The notes beneath the pieces were generated by a model. It did no database searches. It worked only from the letters and a program-made list of their open reading frames with translations, and had not been told where the DNA came from. DNA of 64,000 nucleotides from an uncultured Merdimonas sp. (GTDB taxonomy: Bacteria; Bacillota; Clostridia; Lachnospirales; Lachnospiraceae). This document shows, piece by piece, positions 37,817 through 47,971 of this stretch. The stretch spans positions 7,826 through 71,825 of the forward strand of contig CALWAV010000075.1 in the NCBI GenBank assembly GCA_944375745.1, in the 5' to 3' direction. Position 1 is the stretch's first letter; each line of letters begins with the position of its first letter. A program made the translations under genes and the position numbers.

Positions 37817-39694
37817 ATGGCAAAAAAGCGTTTCCGGGCCGGCAACTGCATAGCGGTTCTGGCAGCCTTCCTGGCTGTCGTGGGCTTCAACCAGCTGTAT
37901 CAGATCTGTTCGGAGGGCACCCTGTTTTCCAACAGCCTGTTTTGCATGGCGGTCTTCGGAGCTTTTCTGTACCTGGCTCTCCGGTTCTTTGCAGGGAAGG
38001 TGACCGGAAGACTGGCTGTGTTTTCCCTGGCGGGGGGATTCCTTTTCGCGGCCATGACAAGCTTCGGGTTTTCCCTGGATGAGACAGACACGATCTGGCA
38101 CGGAAATGTCTTCCTGGCGCTGCTGTGCCTGACGCCGTTTCTGGGAATCTGTACCGGTCTGGGGCTCCGTGCCCTGGAGGATGGAAAGAAACTGAAGGAA
38201 GAACGGACAGAAGATTCCCCGGAAAACCTCTTCCGTAAGGTTGTTCGGTGGATTACGGGACTTTCTGACCGGAAGTTTTATCTTCTGTGCGCGGCAGTTC
38301 TGTTCCTGTCTTGGGTTCCGGTGCTTCTGGCTTCCTGGCCCGGCATTTTCTCCTATGACAGCGGCTGGCAGCTGGCGGCCTTTGTGGATGGAACTGTGAC
38401 AGGCCACCATCCGATCCTTCACACAGCGCTTCTGGGTGTGGCGAGAGTGATCGGGCATGGGCTGGCTGGTTCCGGCCAGGCGGGCAACCAGACGGGAGCG
38501 CTTCTTTATTCTCTGATCCAGATGGCGGCGATGGCTGCTCTCTACGGACAGCTGTGCCTGTATCTGCGTCAGCGCCGGGCGCCGGGATGGCTGCAGGCCG
38601 TCTCTCTTCTTTTTCTGGGGTTTCATCCTGTAAATGGCTTGATGGCGCTCTGTGCCACCAAGGATTCGCTGTTTACGGCAGTATTTGCAGTCTTTATCAT
38701 ACAGATTTTGCGCATGACGGAAAACAGAGAAGGTTTCTTCTCTTCCTGGAAGAGGCAGACAGGGTTCTGCGTCAATGTGTTCTTCCTGTTTGCTCTGCGC
38801 AACAACGGATTTCACATGTTTCTGGTCTGCATTCCGTTCCTGCTTTTTGTGTTCCGCAGGTTTTGGAAGAAGATGCTGGTGCTGATTTTGATCTGCCTGG
38901 CCTTTTACGGGATTTATAACGGTCCCGTCTACAGCGCTCTTGGCATCGAGCCCAGCGATCCCCGGGAAATGTGCAGTGTCCTGATGCAGTCTGCGGCCAG
39001 GGTCTATAACCTGGATAATCAGGGGCTGACGGAGGAGGAAAAGGAAGCCTTTTTATCTATTATCTCAGAGGAGGGCATGAATTCCTATCTGTCCCGATTT
39101 GCTGACCCTGTGAAGGCCTATTTTAACGGAGAAAAATTCGCGGAGAATCCCTGGCCTTTCCTGAAAGCCTGGCTTTCCGCGGGTATGAGGCATAAAAAGA
39201 TGTATCTGGATTCCTTCCTGGCAAATACGTTCGGATACTGGTATCCCGGAAATTCGATTGAAGATACGGAGCATGGAAGGAAATACTTTGAATATGAATG
39301 CGCGGATTTCCGGGAAGACGTGAATGTGGAGATGGAATCGAAGTTTCCGGCTCTTTCGGAATTTTACAGCCGGCTGGGAAATGAGGCTTCCTTCCGGAAG
39401 ATTCCGGTGGCGGCAGCTTCCTTCAACTTGGGAGCCTATACCTGGCTGTGGATTTTTGCATGCCTTCTGGTTCTTTACGGACGGCAGTGGAAAAGAGCGC
39501 TGATGCTGGTGCCCTTTGGGGGATATTTTCTCACGAATCTTCTGGGACCGGTGGTAGCGCTGCGTTACCATTACCCGTTTATTGCCTGTGCGCCCCTTCT
39601 TGTGTATCTGCTTTGGACAGTGTGGGAAGAAGCACGCCGGGAAGAGCCTGTTCAGAGGCAGGAAAAGAAAAAAGTATTCCACGGAAAACAGTGA
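37817..39694 (+). CDS. DUF6020-like polytopic membrane protein (putative GT-C)
   Basis: WPGIFSYDS..Q, HHPILHT, KDSLF, LRNNG and RY motifs; many TM helices. Confidence 0.75.
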   Translation: MAKKRFRAGNCIAVLAAFLAVVGFNQLYQICSEGTLFSNSLFCMAVFGAFLYLALRFFAGKVTGRLAVFSLAGGFLFAAMTSFGFSLDETDTIWHGNVFLALLCLTPFLGICTGLGLRALEDGKKLKEERTEDSPENLFRKVVRWITGLSDRKFYLLCAAVLFLSWVPVLLASWPGIFSYDSGWQLAAFVDGTVTGHHPILHTALLGVARVIGHGLAGSGQAGNQTGALLYSLIQMAAMAALYGQLCLYLRQRRAPGWLQAVSLLFLGFHPVNGLMALCATKDSLFTAVFAVFIIQILRMTENREGFFSSWKRQTGFCVNVFFLFALRNNGFHMFLVCIPFLLFVFRRFWKKMLVLILICLAFYGIYNGPVYSALGIEPSDPREMCSVLMQSAARVYNLDNQGLTEEEKEAFLSIISEEGMNSYLSRFADPVKAYFNGEKFAENPWPFLKAWLSAGMRHKKMYLDSFLANTFGYWYPGNSIEDTEHGRKYFEYECADFREDVNVEMESKFPALSEFYSRLGNEASFRKIPVAAASFNLGAYTWLWIFACLLVLYGRQWKRALMLVPFGGYFLTNLLGPVVALRYHYPFIACAPLLVYLLWTVWEEARREEPVQRQEKKKVFHGKQ

Positions 39695-39736
39695 CAGCGG
39701 ATTCCGGAAATGGGATATGACAGACGGAGGACAGAT

Positions 39737-40699
39737 ATGATGGATAAGATAGCGGTGCTTGTCCCCTGCTATAATGAGAGCAGAACGGTAAAAAAAGTGG
39801 TGGAGGATTTCCGGCGGGTCCTGCCGGAAGCAGTAGTCTACGTCTATGACAACAATTCCACAGACGGAACGGCTGATCTGGCCAGAGAAGCCGGCGCTGT
39901 GGTGCGCCATGAATACCAGCAGGGAAAGGGAAATGTCATCCGCAGAATGTTCCGGGAGATAGAGGCGGAAGTCTATATCATGGTAGATGGCGACGATACT
40001 TATCCGGCAGAGGCTGCTCCCGAGATGGTCCGCAAGGTGGTGGAAGAGCAGGCGGACATGGTAGTAGGCGACCGGCTTTCTTCCACTTATTATACGGAAA
40101 ACAAGCGTCCCTTCCATAATTTCGGCAATTCCTTTGTAAAGAACTGCATCAACCGGTTCTTTGACACAAATATTCAGGATATCATGACAGGCTACCGGGC
40201 TTTCAGCTATCAGTTTGTAAAGACTTTCCCGGTGCTTTCCAGAGGCTTTGAGATCGAGACAGAGATGAGTATCCATGCGGCGGACAAGCATATGCAGGTG
40301 GACCATGTGGTCATCGATTACCGTGACAGGCCCGAGGGCAGCGTCTCCAAGCTGAATACCTTTTCAGATGGCCTGAAAGTGTTAAGCCGCATCTTAAGCC
40401 TGTATAAAAATTATAAGCCGTTGGCCTTCTTTTCCCTGCTTTCGGGAATCCTGGCCGTGCTGGCAGTGGTATTTCTGATTCCGATTCTGGTTGAGTACTG
40501 GCAGACCGGGCTGGTGCCCCGCTTCCCGACGCTGATCGTATGCGGCTTTGTACTGATTGCCGCTCTGCAGTCTCTGTTCGCCGGGCTGGTGCTTCAGAGC
40601 ATGGAGCAGAAGAACAAGCAGGACTTTGAGATGCGCCTGATTCAGGCTAAGGAAGCCTATGACAGGATGAAGGCGGATGAGAAGGAGAAAGACCAATGA
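39737..40699 (+). CDS. GT2 polyprenol-phosphate glycosyltransferase (DPM1/GtrB-like)
   Basis: PCYNE, YDNNSTD, QGKG, VDGD, GFEIETE and SKLNT motifs; two C-terminal TM helices. Confidence 0.9.
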   Translation: MMDKIAVLVPCYNESRTVKKVVEDFRRVLPEAVVYVYDNNSTDGTADLAREAGAVVRHEYQQGKGNVIRRMFREIEAEVYIMVDGDDTYPAEAAPEMVRKVVEEQADMVVGDRLSSTYYTENKRPFHNFGNSFVKNCINRFFDTNIQDIMTGYRAFSYQFVKTFPVLSRGFEIETEMSIHAADKHMQVDHVVIDYRDRPEGSVSKLNTFSDGLKVLSRILSLYKNYKPLAFFSLLSGILAVLAVVFLIPILVEYWQTGLVPRFPTLIVCGFVLIAALQSLFAGLVLQSMEQKNKQDFEMRLIQAKEAYDRMKADEKEKDQ

Positions 40700-40795
40700 A
40701 GAAATTGAGAGAAAGTACAGGCGCGGCTCTGGCGGCGTCTCTTTTTCTTGCTTTCTAGACTGTCGAATATCAGAGAAAAGGAAGGGTGAGGAACC

Positions 40796-42616
40796 ATGAG
40801 ACGGGTTGGAACAAAAAGCCGGGTATTGATATCGCTTTTTCTGGCATTTGCAGTCATGGGAGTATATTTTATTCTGGTATATCAGAGGATTCCGTTTATC
40901 TATGAGATTAACGATGATGTAGCCATGCGGAATGTGGCGGCAGGGGCGATTACTGGAGAACCGGATGCCCACCTGATTCATATGAAATATATCCTGGGAC
41001 TTTTTATCAGCGGCCTTTACAGGGCTTTTCCGGGAACGGACTGGTATGGCCTGACTTTGATCGGCGTAATGCTTGTATCTTTTGCGATGGTGCTGTATCG
41101 GGGATTTGTGTCGGAGCGGAGCCTGCTCTGGAAAGGCGGCTATACCATTATTTCCCTGCTTTTGGTGACCTGTCTGGGTTTGCAGCATATCACCGATTTT
41201 CAGTGGACTGTGACAGCTGCAGCTGCAGGGGCGGCGGGCATTTATCTGTTTTACACCTCTGAAGCTTCGGAGCGTTTTCAGATTATTGTGGAAGAGGGAC
41301 TGTCTGTCCTGCTGATTCTGCTGTCCCTGCTGATCCGGGATGACGTATTTCTTATGGTTTTGCCTGTGGCTGGGCTTTGTTACTGCTGGAAATATCTGAA
41401 ATGGTCAAGAAAAGGGAGGGTTCCCTTTACACTCCGGCATATCGGTGTGCCGGCCGGTCTCTTATGCGGTGTTCTGCTGATTCTGGGCACGGAAGCTTTT
41501 GCGTACCGGTCACCGGAATGGAGAGAATTTCTTTCTTATAATAAAGACCGGGAAGCGATTATGGATTATTACGGAATCGCCAATTATGAGGATGATTCGG
41601 AATTCTATGATTCTCTGGGAATGACGCCGGAGGAAGTGGAGAATATGCAGCGATATTCTCTGTATCTGACAGATGATTTGTACAGTGAAAAGATGGCCGC
41701 CATCGCAAAACGTTCCAGAGAACTTTATGTGCAGCAGCATTCTGTAAAGGATAGGCTTGTGGATGCTGTGGAGACAATTTATGAACACTGGGGAAAGGAT
41801 ACCTACCGCTCGGCGAATCTGATTTGCCTTGCTGCTGCGGCGATGGCTCTGGGATATTGTTACGGGAAAGATAAAAAACAGTTCTGGCTTGCAGGCTTCA
41901 TTCTGGCTGGTACGATGCTGTATTGGCTGTATCTGGGCTACCGCCACAGAATTCTGGAGCGAGTGGGTTTTGCTCTGTATTTCCTTGTTATTTTTTCCAT
42001 GTTTGCCATCTGGTACCGGACCGCGTTTCTGAAAAAAGAGGGCCAGCCGGAAAGATTCGAAAGGCTGCGCTGGTTCCTGGAGGAAAAGGCAGTGGGAGTG
42101 CTGACATGGGCGGCTTCCTGCGCGGTATTGACGCTTCTGGCGTTCAATATCTGGAATGCAGTTCGAGACAATAATACCTGGAGGACTGCCTATAATGACG
42201 AATTTCTGGATGTGAACCGCTATATGGCGGAGCACATGGAAAACGTCTATTTTATGACCACCTTTTCCATTGAAACCTACACGGATAACTTCAGGATCCA
42301 CCGGGGCTTCCCGTTTACCAACCTGCTGTCTGTGGGCGGCTGGCATACATTTTCTCCCCTTGAAAATGAAAAGGACAGTAAGCTTGGCATCACAGATCCG
42401 AAAACGGATATTGTGAAAAAGGACAATGTGTATGTCATTTCTATAGAGTACATTAATCTGCGCTATATGGATCGCTATTATACCAGTGTATATGGGGATG
42501 ATTATCTGGGGAGGGAACTTGTAGATACTCTGGACTATGGAGAAAGAGTGTTTGAGATCTATGATTTTTCGGTGAAAGAGACTTCTGTGCAGGAAGTTAC
42601 AAAAACAGGGAATTGA
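40796..42616 (+). CDS. Polytopic membrane protein (putative GT-C glycosyltransferase)
   Basis: NDD acidic motif after the first TM helix; about 10 TM helices; large loop. Confidence 0.65.
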   Translation: MRRVGTKSRVLISLFLAFAVMGVYFILVYQRIPFIYEINDDVAMRNVAAGAITGEPDAHLIHMKYILGLFISGLYRAFPGTDWYGLTLIGVMLVSFAMVLYRGFVSERSLLWKGGYTIISLLLVTCLGLQHITDFQWTVTAAAAGAAGIYLFYTSEASERFQIIVEEGLSVLLILLSLLIRDDVFLMVLPVAGLCYCWKYLKWSRKGRVPFTLRHIGVPAGLLCGVLLILGTEAFAYRSPEWREFLSYNKDREAIMDYYGIANYEDDSEFYDSLGMTPEEVENMQRYSLYLTDDLYSEKMAAIAKRSRELYVQQHSVKDRLVDAVETIYEHWGKDTYRSANLICLAAAAMALGYCYGKDKKQFWLAGFILAGTMLYWLYLGYRHRILERVGFALYFLVIFSMFAIWYRTAFLKKEGQPERFERLRWFLEEKAVGVLTWAASCAVLTLLAFNIWNAVRDNNTWRTAYNDEFLDVNRYMAEHMENVYFMTTFSIETYTDNFRIHRGFPFTNLLSVGGWHTFSPLENEKDSKLGITDPKTDIVKKDNVYVISIEYINLRYMDRYYTSVYGDDYLGRELVDTLDYGERVFEIYDFSVKETSVQEVTKTGN

Positions 42617-42621
42617 GAATG

Positions 42622-42650
42622 TTGACAAATTACTGTTTAACAAGGATAAT
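42622..42650 (+). promoter_or_regulatory. Internal promoter upstream of the SMR pair, gtrA and cotH genes
   Basis: TTGACA, 17 nt, GATAAT in an AT-rich gap. Confidence 0.55.
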
Positions 42651-42694
42651 ATATATTTAACTATCGAATGGTGGTTTTAAGAAGAGAGAAAAAT

Positions 42695-43051
42695 ATGAAA
42701 GAAAAGAAGCGTATTAGTTTAAAAAGCATTCTGATTTTGCAGCTGGTGATTGTAATATACACTCTGTCCAGTGTGGCGGCCAAGGGGGCGGCTGGCTATG
42801 AGGTGTTGTCCTGGCAGTTTATTTTCTTCTATGGATTGGAAATTGCTATTTTGGGAATTTATGCCATTTTGTGGCAGCAAATTATTAAAAGATTTGATCT
42901 TTCGGTGGCATATGCCAATCGTTCCATGGCAATTCTGTGGTCGCTGGTATGGGCAGTGATTTTCTTTCATGAAAAGATTACGGTAAATAACGTGCTGGGT
43001 GTACTGATTGTCCTGGCAGGTACGATGTTGGTGAATACAGATGATGAATGA
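42695..43051 (+). CDS. EamA/SMR-like small transporter (ArnE/F-like flippase subunit)
   Basis: Four TM helices; DLSVAY and FFHEKIT motifs. Confidence 0.8.
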   Translation: MKEKKRISLKSILILQLVIVIYTLSSVAAKGAAGYEVLSWQFIFFYGLEIAILGIYAILWQQIIKRFDLSVAYANRSMAILWSLVWAVIFFHEKITVNNVLGVLIVLAGTMLVNTDDE

Positions 43052-43379
43052 ATACATTTTACTGCTTCTGGGTTCTGTGATTGTGGCTTCGTTTTCCCAG
43101 ATCCTTCTGAAAAAAAGCGCGCTAAAGACTTATTCTTCTATCTGGCGCGAATATGTAAATCCCTGGGTAATTATCGGATACGGAATGATGGTTCTTTCCA
43201 CGCTGCTGACGGTTTTTGCCTATAGGGGTGTAGATTACAAAAATGGCCCTGTGATAGATTCTGTTGGCTTTCTGCTGGTTATGATTTGGAGCAGAATCTT
43301 TTTTGGTGAAAAAATTACAAAGAGAAAAGTTATTGGAAATCTCTTGATTTTGGCTGGCATTTTTGTGTTTTACAGCTAA
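43041..43379 (+). CDS. EamA/SMR-like small transporter (second subunit)
   Basis: SQILLKKSA and FFGEKIT motifs; overlaps the upstream partner. Confidence 0.8.
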   Translation: MMNEYILLLLGSVIVASFSQILLKKSALKTYSSIWREYVNPWVIIGYGMMVLSTLLTVFAYRGVDYKNGPVIDSVGFLLVMIWSRIFFGEKITKRKVIGNLLILAGIFVFYS

Positions 43380-43460
43380 TGATGCCGGAAATTAAGATAT
43401 AAAATATATTGCATGGAAGAAGGAAAATTTCGGATTGAATCATATGGAGGAATGTAAGAA

Positions 43461-43889
43461 ATGAAGAAACTGTTTGCGCAAATCATAAAATTCGGAGCTG
43501 TGGGCTTTCTGTGTTTTTTCATAGACTATTTCATCATGATAGGACTGACAGAGCTGGCGGGCATCCCGTCGCTGATTTCCAGCGGCTGCTCCTACACGAT
43601 TTCCACGATTGTGAATTACATTTTAAGTGTCACTGTGGTATTTGACGCGGATAAGGAAGCCAATAAGATTGTGCAGTTTGTGGTGTTTGTAGTCTTGAGT
43701 CTGATAGGCCTGGGCATCAATCAGCTGTGTATGTGGGGCGGAACTTCCTGGCTGGAAAACCTGATGGAGCAGAGCCAGGCCCTGGCGGCGTACTCGCGTT
43801 ATGCCTATATGGTCGTAAAAATCTTTGCGACAGCTGTGGTTATGGTATATAATTTCATTACCCGAAAGATTTTTATTGAGAAACACTGA
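43461..43889 (+). CDS. GtrA-family flippase
   Basis: QIIKFGAVG..D, NYILS...VF and YNFITRKIF motifs. Confidence 0.9.
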   Translation: MKKLFAQIIKFGAVGFLCFFIDYFIMIGLTELAGIPSLISSGCSYTISTIVNYILSVTVVFDADKEANKIVQFVVFVVLSLIGLGINQLCMWGGTSWLENLMEQSQALAAYSRYAYMVVKIFATAVVMVYNFITRKIFIEKH

Positions 43890-43914
43890 CTGAGGTAAAG
43901 AGAAAGGAGCGGAT

Positions 43915-45507
43915 ATGCGGAATAGAAGGACAGCGCTTGGAATCGGACTGTTTCTGCTTATCTGCGGGTTTCTGCGGTTTGTGTGCTTCCCGCTGGAGAA
44001 ACCGGATATGGGAACGCAGGCACTTTCGGAGAAGGAGGCGGAGGCGCTTAAGAAAAACAGAACGGAGACAGAAGGTACGCTCCTGACGGATTTGCTGTTT
44101 TCAGGAGAGACCCTTCCCTGTGACAGGGCTTCCGGCACCTTTTACCTTCCGGTGGATATGGAAGAGGAAGCCTGGGAGACCGGAACGTTTGCTGCGGCCG
44201 ACGCGGGCGTGGACGTGTATCTGCTGGATAATCCTCTGGAGGATGACAAGCAGGAGGCCATACGGACAGGAAAAAGCTACCGGCTGCTTGCGGCGTCGAA
44301 GGACGCTTTCCGGGAATACGCAGTGGTCTTCACGGGGCTGCCTGTGATGGAGCTTGATACAGATTCGGGTGAGGAGATCCGTTATGATGAAATCTTCGGT
44401 ACCCTGCGTTTTTATGAAGCGGATTCAAAGACGGACTGGGTGACCGAGAGTGTGATGAGCGGCCATATCCGGGGCGGCAGCAGCCGTCTGAATCCGAAAA
44501 AATCCTTTAAGATTACGCTGTATAAAAAAAATCAGACCGGAAGCGGTTCTCTGCGGGACAATCAGGTTTCCTTTCTGGGAATGCGCGAGGATGATGAGTG
44601 GCTTCTTTACGCCATGTACAGCGAGGATACCAAAGTCAGAGACAAGCTGTCTCTGGATATCTGGAATGAGTCCGGGGCTCTGGAAATCGATTCAAACGGC
44701 TTTTACGGATACCATATGGAATATATTGAGGTTTTTCTGAATGGAGAATACCGTGGGATCTATGGCCTGATGGAACCGGTGGACTATAAACAGCTGGATC
44801 TCACAAAGGAAAACGAAGCCCAGCCGGTGGAGTATCTGTACAAGCAGAAGGACGCGGGTGTATTTGAGCTGAAAGGAAGCTGGGCGGCTCAGACAGAGGA
44901 AGACTTCGAGATATTGAACACCTATCTGGCATGTCTGGAGGGAGACGATTCGGTCTTCATCCGGGAGATAGGAAATCTGATTGATATAGATAATGCGCTG
45001 GATGTCTGGCTGTATCTTCAGGCGGTAATCGGCATGGATAACATAGAAAGAAATATCTTTTATCCGGCAGTCTGGGACGATGGCCAGTATCGGATCCGCT
45101 TTCTGCCATGGGATATGGACTATACCTGGGGAAATGTGCATGATTTTGACGCAGGAAACCGGACCCGTTTTTCAGAAGAGATTCTGACTATGCGGATTGC
45201 CTGGAAGCTGGGTGACCGGCTGATACAGCTCAATGTGGACAACGCTCAGGAAAAAGTGAAAGACAGGTGGAAGGAGCTCCGGCAGACGGTTTATTCGGAT
45301 GAATGGCTTACAGAGCATATAGATTCCTACGCCCACCAGGTGGTGGATTCGGGAGCCTTTGAAAGGGATGAAGCTCTGTGGGTGACCGGCGGACATAATG
45401 ATGATTATGAGAGCCTGAAGAAGCTGGCTTGTGAGCGGATGAGTTATTTGGATGAACAGCTTGAGGATCCGCTTGCCTATCTGGATTTGGAGGGATATGT
45501 GGAGTGA
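43915..45507 (+). CDS. CotH-family kinase 1, N-terminal membrane anchor
   Basis: IRGGSS..KKSFKI, DDEWLL, YRGIYGLMEPVD, DNIERN and PWDMDYTWG motifs. Confidence 0.88.
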   Translation: MRNRRTALGIGLFLLICGFLRFVCFPLEKPDMGTQALSEKEAEALKKNRTETEGTLLTDLLFSGETLPCDRASGTFYLPVDMEEEAWETGTFAAADAGVDVYLLDNPLEDDKQEAIRTGKSYRLLAASKDAFREYAVVFTGLPVMELDTDSGEEIRYDEIFGTLRFYEADSKTDWVTESVMSGHIRGGSSRLNPKKSFKITLYKKNQTGSGSLRDNQVSFLGMREDDEWLLYAMYSEDTKVRDKLSLDIWNESGALEIDSNGFYGYHMEYIEVFLNGEYRGIYGLMEPVDYKQLDLTKENEAQPVEYLYKQKDAGVFELKGSWAAQTEEDFEILNTYLACLEGDDSVFIREIGNLIDIDNALDVWLYLQAVIGMDNIERNIFYPAVWDDGQYRIRFLPWDMDYTWGNVHDFDAGNRTRFSEEILTMRIAWKLGDRLIQLNVDNAQEKVKDRWKELRQTVYSDEWLTEHIDSYAHQVVDSGAFERDEALWVTGGHNDDYESLKKLACERMSYLDEQLEDPLAYLDLEGYVE

Positions 45508-47147
45508 GGAAACAGAGAGCTCTTTGGCTGAACTTGATACTGCTGGGATTTTGTCTGGCTTTTCTGTTTCTCTGGCCGCTGGTGAAGGGAGCTGTTGCGC
45601 TTCGGCAGGGCTCTGAGGAGGAAATAGCCCAGCTTCTGGCTACTCATACGGAAGCGGAGTCCCCATTTTTTACAGAGCTGGCATTTTCCGGCGAAGTACT
45701 TCCTTATGATGAAAACACTTCTACCTTTTATCTTCCGCTGAATATGGAGGCGGCGGGCTGGGAACAGGGAGAATTGGCAAGCGCCGCGCCGGATGTGACG
45801 CTGCTTTTTGAGAAAAATATAACAGACTCTGATAAACAGCAGGCAATTCGGGAAGGCACAAAATTCCGGTTTTACGCTGTCCGCGGCGGAGAATATCAGG
45901 AATGCTGGCTGACCGTGACCGGCCTCCCTGTGGTTTCCATTGAGACAGAGGCTTCCGCCGATATGGAGGTGTTTGGGGGAAGCGTCCGGTTCTGGGACAG
46001 CGGAACCAAGGTGGACTGGACATCCTCCAGTATTCTGGAAGCGCATATCAGGGGAAATACAAGCCGTACCTACGAAAAGAAAGGCTATAAGCTGAGCCTG
46101 AAAAAGCAGAACAGAGATGGGGAGATTGTGGAGGACAAAAAATCTCTGTTCGGCCTCCGGAGGGATGATGAATGGATTCTGAATGCCATGTACAGCGATT
46201 CCTCCAAAATCAGAGACAAATTAAGCGCTGATGTCTGGCAGCAGATGGGCGCTTCTCAGGAAGAATTTCCGGAGGCATACTTCGGTACGCGGATGACTTA
46301 TGTGGAAGTATTTTTCAATCATGAGTACTGGGGCCTGTATCTGCTGATGGAGCCTGTGGATTCCAAGCAGCTGGATCTGACGAAGGAAGGAGAGGGCGGC
46401 CAGGAGGAATATTCCTATAAATCTGTGACGCCTCAGGACCAGCCCACAGAGGAGCTCCTGAATCAGGAGGCCTATGGGGAGACCCTGTCAGGCTACGAGC
46501 TGAAAGGCAGGCACACAGTCATTGACCGGACGGACTGGGAATTCCTGCTTTCCTATCTGGAGCTTCGGGATCTGTCCGATGACGAGACTTTTGCCGCGGA
46601 AGCTTCTGAGCTTACGGACCGGGAAGGGGCTCTGGATATCTGGATCTACCTTCAGGCGGTTCTGGGAATTGACAATCGGGGAAAAAACATGTATTATGTG
46701 GCAAAAAACAGAGGAAATTCCCGGAAAATATATTTTGCGCCCTGGGATATGGATATCACCTGGGGGGACGCGCTGCAGGAGGGCACAGAGGGGAATGTAT
46801 GGAATATAGGGCTGAATACGGCTCTTTATTCAGAGCGGATCAACTGGAGCTTCGGAGACAGGCTTCTGGAGCTTGACGTGGACGGCTCTCGGGCTTATGT
46901 GGCTGACCGGTGGACAGAATTCCGCCAGGGGGTTCTTTCGGATGAAAATCTGACGGAAGCGGTGGACGGGCTGATCCATCAGGTTCAGGATTCGGGAGCG
47001 GCATCCCGGGACGCAGAGCGGTGGCCTGACAGCAGTTCCGGACAGGACTATGAGCTGTTCAAGAGGATGGCTCTGTACCGGATGGAGATCCTGGATTACT
47101 ATTTTGACGGACGTCTGGATGAGTATCTGGGCCTCGGCTATGAGTAG
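45504..47147 (+). CDS. CotH-family kinase 2, N-terminal membrane anchor
   Basis: IRGNTS..KKGYKL, DDEWIL, YWGLYLLMEPVD, DNRGKN and PWDMDITWG motifs; GTGA overlap with kinase 1. Confidence 0.88.
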   Translation: MRKQRALWLNLILLGFCLAFLFLWPLVKGAVALRQGSEEEIAQLLATHTEAESPFFTELAFSGEVLPYDENTSTFYLPLNMEAAGWEQGELASAAPDVTLLFEKNITDSDKQQAIREGTKFRFYAVRGGEYQECWLTVTGLPVVSIETEASADMEVFGGSVRFWDSGTKVDWTSSSILEAHIRGNTSRTYEKKGYKLSLKKQNRDGEIVEDKKSLFGLRRDDEWILNAMYSDSSKIRDKLSADVWQQMGASQEEFPEAYFGTRMTYVEVFFNHEYWGLYLLMEPVDSKQLDLTKEGEGGQEEYSYKSVTPQDQPTEELLNQEAYGETLSGYELKGRHTVIDRTDWEFLLSYLELRDLSDDETFAAEASELTDREGALDIWIYLQAVLGIDNRGKNMYYVAKNRGNSRKIYFAPWDMDITWGDALQEGTEGNVWNIGLNTALYSERINWSFGDRLLELDVDGSRAYVADRWTEFRQGVLSDENLTEAVDGLIHQVQDSGAASRDAERWPDSSSGQDYELFKRMALYRMEILDYYFDGRLDEYLGLGYE

Positions 47148-47203
47148 AGACGGGAGAAGGCGGAAGGCTTCCGCCGGCCCGTCAGTGGGAAGGGAGAGAG
47201 ACC

Positions 47204-47905
47204 ATGGATTACCGGAACGAAATCAAATATATTGTGTCAGAGACACAGCTGGTGCTTCTGAAAAACCGGATAGGGCACCTGATTCAGCCGGACAGGCATG
47301 CCGGGCCGGATGGCCGGTACCGGATACGCAGCCTGTATTTCGATGATTACTATGACAGCTGTTATACGGAAAATGAAATAGGAACCGATCCCAGGGAGAA
47401 ATTTCGTATCCGGATTTACAATGCTGACCCGGGACGCATCAACCTGGAGCTGAAGAGGAAGCAGCATGGAATGACGCAGAAACTGTCCTGCCGCCTGACC
47501 GTGGAGCAGTGCCGGACGCTGATGGCGGGCAGGCCTCTGGCGCCGGATCCTTCTTATCCGCCGGTGCTTCAGAAACTGAATCTGCTGATGAATACCAGAC
47601 TGCTTCGGCCAAAGGTCATTGTGGAGTATGACAGAGAACCTTATGTGGAGCCCCTGGGGAACACGAGAGTGACTTTTGACCGGAATATCCGTTCTTCGGA
47701 CGCGGTGGGGCTGTTCCTGGAGAAGAACGTTCCGGCAAGGCCCATTATGCCTGCGGGAAAACATATCCTGGAGGTCAAATACGATGAGTTTCTGCCGGAT
47801 TACCTGTACCGGAATCTGCAGCTTTCTCATCTGCGCCAGACAGCTTTTTCGAAATATTACCTGTGCAGACGGTATTCTCTTTCGGGAATCCGGAGCTCGG
47901 TATAA
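47204..47905 (+). CDS. VTC (polyphosphate polymerase) domain protein, CYTH/TTM fold
   Basis: RNEIKY, IRSLYFD, REKFRIRIY, LELKRK, YDREPY, RVTFD, ILEVKY and FSKY motifs. Confidence 0.9.
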   Translation: MDYRNEIKYIVSETQLVLLKNRIGHLIQPDRHAGPDGRYRIRSLYFDDYYDSCYTENEIGTDPREKFRIRIYNADPGRINLELKRKQHGMTQKLSCRLTVEQCRTLMAGRPLAPDPSYPPVLQKLNLLMNTRLLRPKVIVEYDREPYVEPLGNTRVTFDRNIRSSDAVGLFLEKNVPARPIMPAGKHILEVKYDEFLPDYLYRNLQLSHLRQTAFSKYYLCRRYSLSGIRSSV

Positions 47906-47971
47906 AATCACAGGGAATAACGGCTGTGGACAAAGGCAGCGTATTCACATATAAAAATGGAGGATGAATGA

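Noticed and set aside
43915-47147. Spore coat protein role for the CotH genes
   Set aside because: They have membrane anchors, no neighbouring cot genes, and lie within a wall-polysaccharide operon
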